Positions 16,596-27,043 of a stretch of DNA of 35,676 bases are shown here, in pieces (positions within the stretch are counted from its first letter, which is position 1; every line of letters begins with the position of its first letter). The translations under genes were made by a program, and so were the position numbers. The notes beneath the pieces were generated by a model. That model was not told the DNA's origin, ran no database searches, and saw only the letters and a list, made by a program, of their open reading frames with translations. The stretch lies in NCBI GenBank assembly GCA_049697815.1, contig JBAVWM010000175.1, positions 1-35,676 on the forward strand, read 5' to 3'. This DNA comes from Methanoregula sp. (GTDB taxonomy: Archaea > Halobacteriota > Methanomicrobia > Methanomicrobiales > Methanospirillaceae).

Positions 16596-17141
16596 TTACT
16601 TGGGGGGTATAAGCACTTTATCGATAACGTGGATCACACCATTACTGGTCTGAATGTCCGTAATTTTTACCGTGGCGTCATTGACTTTTACAACGCCATT
16701 GGTCACGGTGATATTCACATTCGATCCCTGAAGTGTTTTTGCTGAAGTAAGCTTGACAACATCTGCAGCCATTACTTTCCCATCAACAACATGGTAGAGA
16801 AGAATCTGCTTTAATTGTCCCTGAGGGTCCTTCAACAGTGTTTCAACAGTACCGGCAGGTAAATTTTTGAAAGCATCATCAGTGGGTGCAAATACCGTAA
16901 ACGGGCCGGGTCCGCTGAGTGTCCCATCGAGTTTTGCCGCCTGGAGTGCTGCAACAAGTGTGGTGAAACGTCCATCTGCCACAGCGGTATCAACAATGGA
17001 TTTCAATTGAGGTGCAGCCGTTGTCGGGGCCGTTGTCGGGCCCGTTGTGGGTTTTGTGGTGGGTGTATTGGTCGTACACCCGGCAATGAGTATTCCCGCG
17101 ATTATCAGACTAATAAATAAGAATAAGATTCCTTTTCTCAT
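16596..17141 (-). CDS. Fasciclin (FAS1) domain lipoprotein-like protein
   Basis: Signal peptide ending LIAGC, Thr/Pro linker, [31 protein letters not shown]. Confidence 0.93.
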   Translation of the reverse strand: MRKGILFLFISLIIAGILIAGCTTNTPTTKPTTGPTTAPTTAAPQLKSIVDTAVADGRFTTLVAALQAAKLDGTLSGPGPFTVFAPTDDAFKNLPAGTVETLLKDPQGQLKQILLYHVVDGKVMAADVVKLTSAKTLQGSNVNITVTNGVVKVNDATVKITDIQTSNGVIHVIDKVLIPPK

Positions 17142-17158
17142 ACATTCTCACTCCTATA

Positions 17159-17566
17159 TTATGGCGGCATTAACACCGAGTCAATAGCATGACAGACGCC
17201 ATTGTCCGGCTTGATATCGGGGATTATGACCTTCGCTTTGTTGACATACACCCCGTCCTCGGTCGCATTAATCGTCAGGTTTGCTCCGTGGAGTGTTTTC
17301 AGGCTCTTCACTTTTACCACGTCTGCGGCCATATTCCTTCCCGAAACGACATGGTAGAGAAGGATCTGCTTTAACTTTCCTTCCGGATCTTTTAACAGGG
17401 ATTCAACAGTGCCGGCAGGTAATTTTTTGAATGCCTCGTCAGTGGGTGCAAATACCGTGAAGGGGCCGGTTCCGCTTAGTGCACCATCGAGTTTAGCTGC
17501 CTTGACTGCGGCTACAAGAGTTTTAAATCTCCCGTCCGCGACAGCTACATCAACAATCGTTTTCAT
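17159..17566 (-). CDS. Fasciclin (FAS1) domain protein without signal peptide
   Basis: [30 protein letters not shown]. Close paralog of the downstream gene. Confidence 0.93.
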   Translation of the reverse strand: MKTIVDVAVADGRFKTLVAAVKAAKLDGALSGTGPFTVFAPTDEAFKKLPAGTVESLLKDPEGKLKQILLYHVVSGRNMAADVVKVKSLKTLHGANLTINATEDGVYVNKAKVIIPDIKPDNGVCHAIDSVLMPP

Positions 17567-17690
17567 ACAATAGACCTCCTGCCCTTTACAGGGTATCCAA
17601 GATGATCTCTAACTATATTTAGATTTTCTTATGAATTACAAATTTTGAAAATAGAACAGCACACGCGCGATGTATATAAAAAAAGAGAAT

Positions 17691-17858
17691 TTACTTTTCT
17701 GCTTTGTGGATCTTCATCCACATCTCTTTGTCCATTGAGGGCATCTTGTGAATATCACGGGCATGCTTTGCGATCTTGTCATCCAGGTCCTGTACATTTG
17801 CTGCCGTTGCCTCGAACGGGCAGTCCATACCAATATCCTTGCACTTGAACGATACCAT
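17691..17858 (-). CDS. DUF1059-like small metal-binding protein (55 aa, not in ORF track)
   Basis: Manual translation MVSFKCKDIGMDCPFEATAANVQDLDDKIAKHARDIHKMPSMDKEMWMKIHKAEK shows the CxDxGxDC...HAxxxH pattern. Confidence 0.85.
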   Translation of the reverse strand: MVSFKCKDIGMDCPFEATAANVQDLDDKIAKHARDIHKMPSMDKEMWMKIHKAEK

Positions 17859-18257
17859 GGTCTTTCACCGGGAGTTTCTATAATCTGGCCTATATTTATA
17901 GTTTTTTACATTTTCCAAAAAAATAACGATTGTTGATGGAGGACAGACTTAATGGGATTTTTGCTAAAGGAACGTTTTCAATAAAAACGCGAACATCCTT
18001 ATCAAGTACTGGTGAGGTGCCGAAAACGAATATAAAGGTCATTTTTTCCGGGGATGTCTGAAAAACAGAATTTTAGCCTGGAATAAGGGGAGCCAGTCGC
18101 AGAGAAGGTGCGAGCACGGCGAAGCTGTGCGAAACGGTCAAACGGGCATTGCAGGACCCGGAGATTGTCACGTTGATCCAGTTAATTGCCAGAAAGAAAA
18201 AATAATCCCTTTTTTTCATTGGCAACGATGAAATCATACCAACCCCCTCTTATAACA

Positions 18258-18298
18258 CCAACAAAACGAGGGTGTGCTTGAGATAGAGGGCTCCGAAT
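18258..18298 (+). repeat. 41-bp perfect direct repeat, copy 2
   Basis: Identical to 11236-11276. Confidence 0.95.
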
Positions 18299-18375
18299 TT
18301 ATTACATGGTGAATAGGGATAGTTTCACCCCGCCTCAACCGCACCGCTATCAATCCCGGCAAGGAACCGGGGATC

Positions 18376-18537
18376 ATGGAATTATGGTGTTCAAGAGAAA
18401 ACCGGTTCGAGAATTTTGGTAAGGGTATACCCCTTGCGCTTCTCCCATGTAAGGGTGATACCTGCGAGGACTGGGAACCAGGGCCGGTAAAGTGGTGCGT
18501 GCATATGGTCCGGGTGGACAAGGGCCGGCGACTCTAG
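18376..18537 (+). CDS. Small 4-Cys hypothetical protein (53 aa, not in ORF track)
   Basis: MELWCSRENRFENFGKGIPLALLPCKGDTCEDWEPGPVKWCVHMVRVDKGRRL. Paralog of 11356..11610 at the same position relative to the repeat. Confidence 0.5.
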   Translation: MELWCSRENRFENFGKGIPLALLPCKGDTCEDWEPGPVKWCVHMVRVDKGRRL

Positions 18538-19086
18538 GCTCAGGAGTTATGATTACTTCTGAATTACCATTGAGATTTTGGAATACAGAAAGACAATTAC
18601 GATGAATACGACTATGGAAAGAACCGCTATAGTCATGTAATAAGAAGCTGTTGAGTCCATAAAAAGTTCCAAATGATAACTATATCATGGAGTTAAAAAA
18701 AAAGTTGCGGTACCTTAACCTCACTCGGAAATTGTTTATTGTCCGGACACAGCCGGCAACCGGAACAAACCGGCTATTATCTCTTTTATACAATCCCAGA
18801 ACCCGTTCCCATCAGCGCAGAAAAACCCAACAGAAACGCATTGCGAGCGCGGAACCGGACCGTGAAGCCCCCGGGAACATTCAAGGGATTTTTCCCGCCA
18901 TCTCTCCAGAGATGAAAAAGGTAAAAAAAATATGGGACAAGGTTACCTGAACGGATCCGGAGATTGCGTGTAACTCTGGTTCCTTGTTAATCAGAGTGAT
19001 TTGGAGCCGAAGCCGGTTTAATCAGGAAACCAGATTGAAAAACGAGATCAAGGAACTGAAAAGCGCAGTTCATAGAGAATAGAAAA

Positions 19087-19171
19087 TGCGAGGGATGGGA
19101 TTCGAACCCAAGAACTCCTACGAGACTAGGCCCTCAACCTAGCGCCTTTGACCTGGCTTGGCTACCCTCGC
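19087..19171 (-). tRNA. tRNA-Leu (anticodon GAG)
   Basis: GCGAGGG/CCCTCGC acceptor stem, CTAGG-TTGAGGG-CCTAG anticodon arm, long variable arm, GGTTCGAATCC T-arm. CCA is not encoded. Confidence 0.97.
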
Positions 19172-19175
19172 CCGA

Positions 19176-19263
19176 TGCATGAGGAAACGCACCGCGATGC
19201 AACAACCAACCCGTGATCAGGGCCATTAACCTGACACCGGTGATCCGGCTTGGCTACCCTCGC
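19176..19263 (-). pseudogene. Degenerate tRNA-Leu-like tandem copy immediately upstream of the tRNA
   Basis: The first 17 nt are identical to the tRNA 5' end. The rest is colinear, with a TCAGG/CCTGA stem and a CCTC-AT-GCA end. A 4-nt spacer separates it from the real tRNA. Confidence 0.6.
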
Positions 19264-19410
19264 TTTCGTGCCATAACAAAAAGGTTGTCTATCTAATAAA
19301 AACTTGCGACAGGAAACGGGATTTTTTCGCATATCCCGCAATCCGGTGGTTTTATTTGCGGGATTGGCGTGACAGAACGGTCAAGACCTTCTGAAAAAAA
19401 ACTGATAAAT

Positions 19411-19899
19411 TCAGATATAACCCCTGAGCAGGACCAGTGAGTAGAGCGCACATGAGAATGCAAACAGAGCAGAAAGCAAAATACCCCTCCGTATCTTCAC
19501 TGAATCCCACCGTGAATACATCCCACAGAAGAAAATCATCATGGCAAAGAGGACCGTGAGGGAGATATACCGGTCCCCGTTCGTATTCGCATCCTTTCCT
19601 TCGTTAAATGCCGCTGTTGCCTTTTCTTCCCGTTGAGCACTCTCATTATATCCGGCTACGGTATATCTGGGAAGGTCAAATGGTATTCCCGGAGGAATGG
19701 GGTTCATTTCATTGGATTGGGCAATCCAGGCCACAAATGCGGGCCTGAACTCTTCCCTGAACAGTTCTTTTAAAAATTCTGCTTCGATGAGATCACCACA
19801 GTGTGCTGCATTCACCCGGTTCTGGAAAGCCAGTACGTCAACGATTATCTGAGAATTGGCGATAGTCGTAGTCTTGATTGATTCCGACCGGATTGTCAT
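19411..19899 (-). pseudogene. Conserved hypothetical membrane protein, probably 5'-truncated
   Basis: FREEFRPAFVAWIA...PF..P.Y...AN..GDRY...TVLFA..FF.G pattern with two C-terminal TM segments. The N-terminal hydrophobic part I would expect is missing. Confidence 0.5.
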
Positions 19900-20255
19900 C
19901 CGGCCTGAAAATACGATCGGGGGAAAAATGAAGGTGACCGTTATGCATCTTTATCCAACTACCAGCTTTTTGTTCTTGGGCGAACATGGCTGCCTTCCTT
20001 ATGATGGCGTGCACGAGAAGGACCTCACGTTCTGTTGGCAGATACCTGATAGGACGGTCTGCCCCGTTGCAGTTGGCGCAATATGAACACCATTGATGAA
20101 ACACATACACCAATGATTAAATATTTGCAATCCCTCTTTTTCCTCAATACATTGACACGGAAAAATGAGTTCCCTTCCGGTTTCAAAGAAAATTAAAGTA
20201 AGGTATTGTTACCGGTCCGCGTTGACAAATTATTACAGGTATATGCGTGGTGAGT

Positions 20256-20756
20256 ATGTGGTCTGATATCATTCACGAATTTGGCGATTCGCCATCCCAG
20301 AGCCGGGTTGTCCGGTTCCTCCTGGAAAACGGGTTCGGGGTGACTGATGACGGCCGGATCAGCTGCAATGGCATCGAGATGCCGGCAACAGCGGTTGCGA
20401 AGGCCATCGGGTCCGACCGGCGGGTTGTTGATGCCACCGCAAAACGGATCCTCGAACGCCCGATGCTCCGCGATATCTTCCTGAACATGCGGGCAACACC
20501 GGACATCAGCAAGGTTGCCGAATCACTGGGCTTTACCGTCATCACGGTGCTGCCGAAGAACGCAAACGAGCGCGGCATTGTCGGTGCTGCAGTCCGTGTC
20601 CTCTCGGAACACCAGATCGCGATCCGCCAGATCTTCGTCACCGACCCCCAGCTCTCCGAAGACCCCAAGCTGGTGATCATCGTGGAAGACCCGCTGCCGG
20701 CCGGGATTATCGAGAAGATCCGTGCACTGCCGCAGGTGCGGCAGGTCATCATCTGA
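20256..20756 (+). CDS. ACT-domain regulator of amino acid metabolism (COG2150-like)
   Basis: PSQ.RVVRFLLENGF, HTH-like VAKAIGSDRRVVDAT, and C-terminal ACT GIVGAA...IRQIFVTDP. Confidence 0.88.
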   Translation: MWSDIIHEFGDSPSQSRVVRFLLENGFGVTDDGRISCNGIEMPATAVAKAIGSDRRVVDATAKRILERPMLRDIFLNMRATPDISKVAESLGFTVITVLPKNANERGIVGAAVRVLSEHQIAIRQIFVTDPQLSEDPKLVIIVEDPLPAGIIEKIRALPQVRQVII

Positions 20757-20946
20757 TTTTTTTTAAATTTTGTAAGAGGGCGATGATAAGGTTCCATGGG
20801 AAAAAAAGATTTGAAAAAAATTGAAAACTCTCCATCTCAGAGATTCTCAGTGACAACGAATTCCGCAGGGATGAAAGGGAAAGAGTCCAAAGAATTCTCC
20901 CATTTGTGGTGAGGAAACCGATCTGGTTTTTCCCAAAAAGAAGAAG

Positions 20947-21066
20947 TATGAGCACTCCCCGCCTCGGGACCTCTCCGAGGACGGCGGGGCAGATACCGGT
21001 ACGCCGGTAATACCAGGAAATTGATCCGCCGCGGGGGCTCGCTGTCGGGGGCGGCGGCGTTCATCA
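20947..21066 (-). repeat. Dispersed GC-rich intergenic repeat, copy A
   Basis: The reverse complement TGATGAACGCCGCCGCCCCCG...CAATTTCC...GCGTAC...TGCCCCGCCGT...GAGGCGGGGAGTGCTCATA matches 31328-31450. Confidence 0.85.
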
Positions 21067-21139
21067 CAAAAATTCATTTTTTCCCGGGCATTTCCGATAC
21101 GCAGGACTGTTTTTCCACCGGTTTTTCCCCACGCTATGG

Positions 21140-21643
21140 TCAATCATCGCACAGCAGCTCAACCTCAGCTGCAAGCCGCTCCATCCGCTTCCTCGCTTTC
21201 CGCGGGAGATAGATCGCCGACCCGATGCTCTCGTGGATAGTTACCCGTTTTTTGCCGGCAATCAGGTTGTCGGCATGCGTGACGATCTTCTCTTCCGTTG
21301 TCCCGGGCATGCAGTCGCGGGGAGACAATCCCAGGAGCGTGCATTCATCAGCGGTCAGGCCGGCCCCGGTGTGGCATTCCACGATGCGGGCCAGGTCTTC
21401 GCCAAACCCCAAGTGCCGCAGGAGATCAGCCCCGCACTGCGCATGGCGGATATCGTGGGTCCGGCTCCGGCCGATATCGTGGAGCATTGCGCCCTGTTCC
21501 ACGAGATAATAATTGACACCGGGATTGTGTGCTGCATACCCGCAGGCACAGTCCCGTACTGCCCGGCAGTGGGCAATGACTTTTTTGCTGCACCCGGCAT
21601 GAAGCAGCAGGTCCTCGCTGGTTTTATTTTTTTCTTCAGGCAT
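21140..21643 (-). CDS. HDIG-domain metal-dependent phosphohydrolase (TIGR00295-like)
   Basis: HC, LHDIGRS, H..G, HTGAG, EEKIVTHADNL. ATG 21643 overlaps the tfe end. Confidence 0.9.
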   Translation of the reverse strand: MPEEKNKTSEDLLLHAGCSKKVIAHCRAVRDCACGYAAHNPGVNYYLVEQGAMLHDIGRSRTHDIRHAQCGADLLRHLGFGEDLARIVECHTGAGLTADECTLLGLSPRDCMPGTTEEKIVTHADNLIAGKKRVTIHESIGSAIYLPRKARKRMERLAAEVELLCDD

Positions 21644-22157
21644 GGCCAAGCGACTTCTTGATCGCTTCGATGCGGGACTGTAAGGAGAGGAGCAGGATGT
21701 CGTTGTCAAAGTGCCCGAGCGGTTTTTTGCATTCAGGGCAGGTGAAGTCACAGTTCATCGCATGAGTAAACGTGAAGAGGATCTGGCAGTCCTTGCAGAT
21801 ATAGAAATCATTTTCCTCCTCGTATTTTTCCCGCCGGGAGAGCTTGTCGAGCACCATGGACATGTCTTCGCGGATGGCATCGTAGATATGATCGATGCGC
21901 AGCCGCCAGAGATAGGTGAGCCAGCCCGTCTCATTGTTCTTGATCCGGTGGTACTCGGCCAGCCGCTTCTCATAAAGGGTATAGAGCGTATGCCGGACCG
22001 AGTTCAGGTTGATTTTTGTTTTGGCCGCAAGGTCTTCATCGCTGTGCTCTCCTTCCCGCGGGAACCGTTCGAGGAGGTCGAGGCCTTCGTCCTTCACGAG
22101 ACGGTGAAGGTACGCACGGATTGCGGGATCGTTCAGCGCTTCATCAGTTGGATCCAT
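21636..22157 (-). CDS. tfe: Archaeal transcription factor E (TFIIE alpha homolog)
   Basis: Winged helix SDEDLA...VRHTLYTLYE...GWLTYLW, and Zn ribbon CKDC...FTCPEC. Confidence 0.95.
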   Translation of the reverse strand: MDPTDEALNDPAIRAYLHRLVKDEGLDLLERFPREGEHSDEDLAAKTKINLNSVRHTLYTLYEKRLAEYHRIKNNETGWLTYLWRLRIDHIYDAIREDMSMVLDKLSRREKYEEENDFYICKDCQILFTFTHAMNCDFTCPECKKPLGHFDNDILLLSLQSRIEAIKKSLGHA

Positions 22158-23236
22158 CAGCGCATATATTGTCGAACGGTGCTAATATGCTTATCCAGCA
22201 GGGCAAGCGCGGCCTCACGGGTCGGGCCACGGCCGTACACGCTGACAATCGCCTGGTCTTTTTCAAAAAACGTGCCCGGCCAGGGAATATCGGCCACGAA
22301 CTCCCCGAGCTTGCCAAGATCCGCCTTTACGGTCATGTCACGGTCGGCAAACAGGATGGTCCGGGCTGCAACCTCCCGGGATTCCGGGCGCAGTTCCGGA
22401 AGGTGCCCCGAGCAGGCCCCGACATGAAGATCGAACAGGTTGCACCCGCAGGCCATCTCCACGGTATCGACCGTGCCCTGGAAACGGGGATTCACTTCGA
22501 TAGCTACCGGTCCTCCGCTGCCCCCCATCACAAAATCGATCCCGATCGTCCCGCGGCACCCGCTGGCGGCAGCGATGCGCTCGGCAAGAGCGGTCATCTC
22601 CCCGCGCCGGGGATGGTCAAACGGTGTTATGGAGCCGGAGAACCCGAAGGCGGATTCCGCGCTGCCCCGGAGGATCTGCTCGTTGGCGGTTATCGCCATT
22701 GCACGCGAACCGTCGGCAATACAGCAGACGCTTGCCGGGATACCTCCGATGATCTCCTGCCGGATATGCGGGACAACCCCGTACAGGGTCTTCCATGCAG
22801 CCATCTCAGCTTCGGAGCCGATCACGGCATTCCGCCAGCCGCCGGCACCGGTCCGGGGCTTGACCATGGCGGGGTACTCCCCCGCAGGGAGGAGACGGGG
22901 GGCCGGCACGTTCAGGGATTCGAAGAAGTGCTGGGTATCGAGTTTATCGAGAAAACGTGCAATGTTTTCAGCAGGAGTGCCCAGAAGCGGTACTGGAGGC
23001 GGGAGGGTTTCGGCACCGGACGAGGGAACAAAGGAGTCGAAGCGGTGGCGCCTGCAGATCCTGTCGATGGCACCGGGCAGGTCTTCGAGATCCTCGAATT
23101 TTTCCCGGTCTTTTGTGCACCACGACAGGTCCTGGTCGCAGAAATGATCCACGGCACAGACTTCATAGCCGGCCCGGTACGCCGATTGCGCAACGTGGCG
23201 GGTGGCAAAACCGGCAACCAGCACCCGGCCCTTCAC
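22157..23236 (-). CDS. ATP-grasp domain protein (COG2232-like)
   Basis: [39 protein letters not shown]. The GTG at 23236 overlaps the trm56 stop; the longer track ORF extension is a shadow of trm56. Confidence 0.88.
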   Translation of the reverse strand: MKGRVLVAGFATRHVAQSAYRAGYEVCAVDHFCDQDLSWCTKDREKFEDLEDLPGAIDRICRRHRFDSFVPSSGAETLPPPVPLLGTPAENIARFLDKLDTQHFFESLNVPAPRLLPAGEYPAMVKPRTGAGGWRNAVIGSEAEMAAWKTLYGVVPHIRQEIIGGIPASVCCIADGSRAMAITANEQILRGSAESAFGFSGSITPFDHPRRGEMTALAERIAAASGCRGTIGIDFVMGGSGGPVAIEVNPRFQGTVDTVEMACGCNLFDLHVGACSGHLPELRPESREVAARTILFADRDMTVKADLGKLGEFVADIPWPGTFFEKDQAIVSVYGRGPTREAALALLDKHISTVRQYMR

Positions 23237-23763
23237 GAACCCTCCGTCTGCTTGCCGGCCTTTGACGGGATGATACGGATCTGCGCCCCGGGGAACTCGT
23301 TGTCCAGTTCGGTGCCGGAGAAGAGGTGGTCGAGGAAGAGGGCAAGGCTCGAGATCTCGGAATGGGGCTGGCCGGTCACGGCCACATTGTAGTCCGCAAG
23401 GCCGTAGATCTCCCCCGGGACTTTTTCTGCCCCGACAATGACGAGGATCTTGTCGTGCAGCCGGATATTGCCGATCACGTCCGGCAGGTTGATCCCGTAC
23501 ATGGTGAGGTGGACGACAGCACCGCCCTGTGCTTTCCACTCCCGGATGCAGGACCGCCACTTCACGTTGTGCTCGCAGAAAAACTCCCCGCCCCAACGCC
23601 CGGCAACATCTGCAATACTCTCGACAACGCCCTTGTCGGATGCCGCAAGGTACATCCCCCGGGCACCCAGGGCCCGGGCAGTCAGCCCCACGTGGGTGGT
23701 CACCCGCTGGTCGCGCTCCGGGCGATGACCGACCCGGAGAATGGCTACTTCTTTTCCTGGCAT
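23233..23763 (-). CDS. trm56: tRNA (cytidine(56)-2'-O)-methyltransferase
   Basis: [50 protein letters not shown]. Confidence 0.96.
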   Translation of the reverse strand: MPGKEVAILRVGHRPERDQRVTTHVGLTARALGARGMYLAASDKGVVESIADVAGRWGGEFFCEHNVKWRSCIREWKAQGGAVVHLTMYGINLPDVIGNIRLHDKILVIVGAEKVPGEIYGLADYNVAVTGQPHSEISSLALFLDHLFSGTELDNEFPGAQIRIIPSKAGKQTEGS

Positions 23764-24038
23764 GATGGCCTTTTCTTCTCCCGGATGACACCGTTTTCCA
23801 GAGTGAACGGGAGGTCTTTATCGTATTTCAGCTGGTTTTTGATGAGGGCTTCGCCAAACGAGAGCAGACGAACGGAACTGCCGGAACGCTCGATAATGCA
23901 GGACCGTTCAAGGCGGGCAAGGGACGCTTCCACTTCGGGTATCCCAAGACCGCTCCCGGCTGCAAGGGTGCCGGCTGTTACCGATCCACCTTCCGGTATC
24001 AGGTGATAAACCAGCCAGTCCGCGTCTGCTTCTTTCAC
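23745..24038 (-). CDS. Small winged-helix hypothetical protein
   Basis: HTH-like [18 protein letters not shown]. It overlaps the trm56 start and leads the operon. Confidence 0.7.
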   Translation of the reverse strand: MKEADADWLVYHLIPEGGSVTAGTLAAGSGLGIPEVEASLARLERSCIIERSGSSVRLLSFGEALIKNQLKYDKDLPFTLENGVIREKKRPSCQEKK

Positions 24039-24140
24039 CTGTATTTATCTCCCGGTTATGGGAATAAGGATTGTTGTTCCCTCTACCTGCGGCCGTAAAG
24101 GTTCAGCGATTTTTTTAACCCGGCCAACCAATGACTGCCT

Positions 24141-24560
24141 ATGAGTGCTGAAGGGCCAAAAGTCCCGTTTCCCGAACTGGTCGCCCTTGCCGACAAACTC
24201 CTGGAAGAGAGCGGGGAGGATGTTGCACGGCTGGCCGCACAGATCGGCTCTCTTGATGCGGATATGCGGAATGAACTGATGGTGTCCGACCTGCTGAATG
24301 CCTGGCAGGTCTTCTATTACTATTTCCGGACCGTTCCTGATGAACTGGTGAAGGAGCGCATGGAACTCGAACCGGCATCCAGCCTTTCCCGTGGCCTGAA
24401 GATCGATGAGGTGGAATTCCTCGAGCTCGTTTTTGTCATGAAAGACCATAAACCGCTGATCGTTGTGAGTGACGGCAAAAAACCGGTTGCCACATTCTCC
24501 GGCAACACCGCGTATGCGAACGGGATGAACTACCTGGAGAACCCGGAATATTCGGATTAG
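24141..24560 (+). CDS. Hypothetical protein
   Basis: 139-aa ORF with acidic globular composition and no competing real gene. Confidence 0.7.
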   Translation: MSAEGPKVPFPELVALADKLLEESGEDVARLAAQIGSLDADMRNELMVSDLLNAWQVFYYYFRTVPDELVKERMELEPASSLSRGLKIDEVEFLELVFVMKDHKPLIVVSDGKKPVATFSGNTAYANGMNYLENPEYSD

Positions 24561-24699
24561 GTTGTCGGCCGGGTAAAAAAAAACCGGAACAGCAGGAAGG
24601 GCGCGGGAGATGATCTCCCGGGGGAATAAAACCGGAAAACAAAAACCATCTTCTTTATAGTTGTTTGAATAAAAACCCGGTAATCCGGAGTATCCCTGC

Positions 24700-25074
24700 A
24701 TGAGAACCAAAAAAGTGACGTATTTTTCAAAGGCCGACTGGGATTTTGTTTCCCTCCTTGCAAAAACCGGTATCGGGCTGAACCAGGCAAAGATGCTGGT
24801 CTTCCTTGATCGGAGCGGGGGGGCCGCGTCCCGGGATATCGAGCGGGGGGCGGACATGCGCCAGCCGGAGGTTAATAGTATTGGAAGGAAGTTCCTGGAG
24901 CGCGGCTGGGTTTCTGTGAGCGAGATGAAACGTGAAGGACGGTCCGGCCGGAGTCCCCAGTATTACCGGCTGGCGAAATCCTTCCGGCTTATCCTTGACG
25001 ATATTGAGAGAGAAAAGCAGGAAGAGGCGCTAAAGGATCTCGGGCTTATCAGGAAGATGCGGCACTATGTTTAA
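24700..25074 (+). CDS. Winged-helix transcriptional regulator (methanogen RQPEV type)
   Basis: ASRDIERGADMRQPEV...RGWV...GR.P..Y.L. Confidence 0.82.
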   Translation: MRTKKVTYFSKADWDFVSLLAKTGIGLNQAKMLVFLDRSGGAASRDIERGADMRQPEVNSIGRKFLERGWVSVSEMKREGRSGRSPQYYRLAKSFRLILDDIEREKQEEALKDLGLIRKMRHYV

Positions 25075-25360
25075 CGGGAACGAGAAAGGACACGCAAAAG
25101 TTCATCCGGTTTTTCCATGTCTTATGACCCTCAACATTTTCCTGTCTCATCCCACATTCCGTAGGGTCCGACACCAACAAGCGTATGTAATTGGCTGAAT
25201 AATGAGATAGAAATACGCCCGATTAAATCCGGTCGGCAGCCTGATGAAATTCCTCTGCAGCCGTCCGGCTAATGGACGCAAGCGGCAAAAAAGAAGGAGG
25301 GATCTTTATGAATTACCATGAACGAGCAGAAGCGCCGGAAGAATGTGCCGGAGGAGACCC

Positions 25361-26209
25361 ATGACGCGCGGACCCCGGCCCTTCAAGGCACAGGACGAGT
25401 CGCTGCCGATTGCCGAGAAGCGCGGCCTTGTCATGCGCTACCAGCACCGGAGAGGAAATATCTGTGACTTTTCCGTCATGAGCCCGGGCCTTGTCAGCGT
25501 TGTCTGCGTGATGCGGCTGCTCCGGCTCAGCAGCACACCCGAGGACATCCTCCACGATTTCTCGTCCGTGATTGGCCAGCACCGCTTCATTGCATCGTCC
25601 CCGGCTATCTCGCGCGAGCTCTGGCTCTGCACACCCCGGGGCGCATGGCGGTTCTTCCGGGTCCTGGATGATTCGCTCCTTGAGCTGGGCCGGGACGGAA
25701 TGCCGCTTTCGAATAGCGGGCCGGTCAAAGATGCTTCACCCGAAAACGGTGCGGGACCGGTAAAAAAACCGGGACCGGCCCTGCACACCGGCAAAAAAAC
25801 CGCGAAGGGAAAACCGTCCTCGGCCGGTAAGGATCCGGAACCGGTAAAAAACCCGGAGCAGAATTCCATGCCGGTAAAAGTTCCAGGACCGGAAAAAGAT
25901 CTGAACAGCACCGCAACACCGGAAAAATTTCTAGAGAGGGTACCTGATCCTGCACCGGAGCCGGTACCGGAAAAAGATCCAGGCCCAGTGGACGATCAAA
26001 AATCCCTGTTGTTACAGAAAAAATCAATGGAACCCGGAAAAGGCACCGGGCCGGAAGAAGGTACGGCACTGGCGCCGGACACGGAAAAAATTCCGGAGCA
26101 CATCAGGAAATTCCTGAAACGGAGAAATACGGCCCTGGAAAAAAAACGGAACCCGCATGACCCGGCCACGGCTGAGAACATTTCCACCGGTGAGTATCCC
26201 ACCCGGTGA
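25361..26209 (+). CDS. Hypothetical protein with globular N-terminal domain and Pro/Lys/Glu-rich tail
   Basis: MTRGPRP...RELWL....G.WRFFRV N-terminal block followed by GPVK/PEPVK/PEKD low-complexity repeats. Confidence 0.65.
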   Translation: MTRGPRPFKAQDESLPIAEKRGLVMRYQHRRGNICDFSVMSPGLVSVVCVMRLLRLSSTPEDILHDFSSVIGQHRFIASSPAISRELWLCTPRGAWRFFRVLDDSLLELGRDGMPLSNSGPVKDASPENGAGPVKKPGPALHTGKKTAKGKPSSAGKDPEPVKNPEQNSMPVKVPGPEKDLNSTATPEKFLERVPDPAPEPVPEKDPGPVDDQKSLLLQKKSMEPGKGTGPEEGTALAPDTEKIPEHIRKFLKRRNTALEKKRNPHDPATAENISTGEYPTR

Positions 26210-27043
26210 CCCGGGTTCTCCGACGGGGAGTCCCTTGCAGGGATCCCTGCCGGAGTGTATCTTCCGGGCAGGATCTTCATTTCCAAAACAGGGATATTCT
26301 GACAATCAGAGGCTGAAATGGCCGATTTGACCCAGATTACTTATCCGGAGCATCGCCCGGTGTACCAGTTTTGTGAAAAACGGTACTAGTTTTTTCCTGA
26401 TCTGTCCGTTTTAACACCTGTTTATCCTGAATAAGCCTTTTCCGTGTGTTCCGATGATCGTATTTATTCGCATTCGGTTTGAAAAACAGGGGATATGCCC
26501 TGATATTGGATGTAAATGAATCGGAGGGGGATTTTGGGATCCGGTTTTTCCGAAGGTTTCACTTACATGTCCCATTAAACCAATGACGGTATACTAATTT
26601 CCAGTTAGTAAAACTGCTTAAAATTACTCAATGGTAATGTGTATGGACAACGCACCGGACCTGTGATAGGCCAGGTGCATTGGCCGGGTAAGTGAGACAA
26701 TCGAAGAAAGCTCCCGCGTTCTTCTCCTCCCCCGGGTCAGATGACCTGTCGGACCGTGACGGGCCGGAGTGGGAGTCCGGATCTGCAATATCTAAGTGGG
26801 GGTCCGGAACGGAAGGGAGATCTCACCAGAGAGGTTGTGGCAGGTACTGTCCAGGGGGGTGAAGTCAACGGAGCCCATTTCAATCTCCGTTTCCCCATTT
26901 TTCCGGGCCGAATGACACTGTTTCATGAAAAAATGACACCATTGTTTGAAGGACTGCCCGTTTTGGTCCCTGATTGACGGGAATATGCCCTTTACCAGCC
27001 CGGAATTGTCGGGCTGCTGCACTATTACAGCGGCTGATCGGTT

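Noticed and set aside
18094..18205. Possible C-terminal remnant of an integrase (AKLCETVKRALQDPEIVTLIQLIARKKK*) before repeat copy 2
   Set aside because: Too short, with no catalytic residues to assign a family.
11236..18298. 41-bp repeats as a CRISPR array
   Set aside because: Only two copies 7 kb apart, with no spacers and no cas genes.
22016..23392. 458-aa plus-strand ORF
   Set aside because: Antisense shadow of the ATP-grasp, tfe and trm56 genes in GC-rich DNA.
26792..27022. Possible PIN toxin downstream of the antitoxin-like ORF
   Set aside because: No recognisable PIN acidic motif pattern, so a toxin-antitoxin pair cannot be supported.
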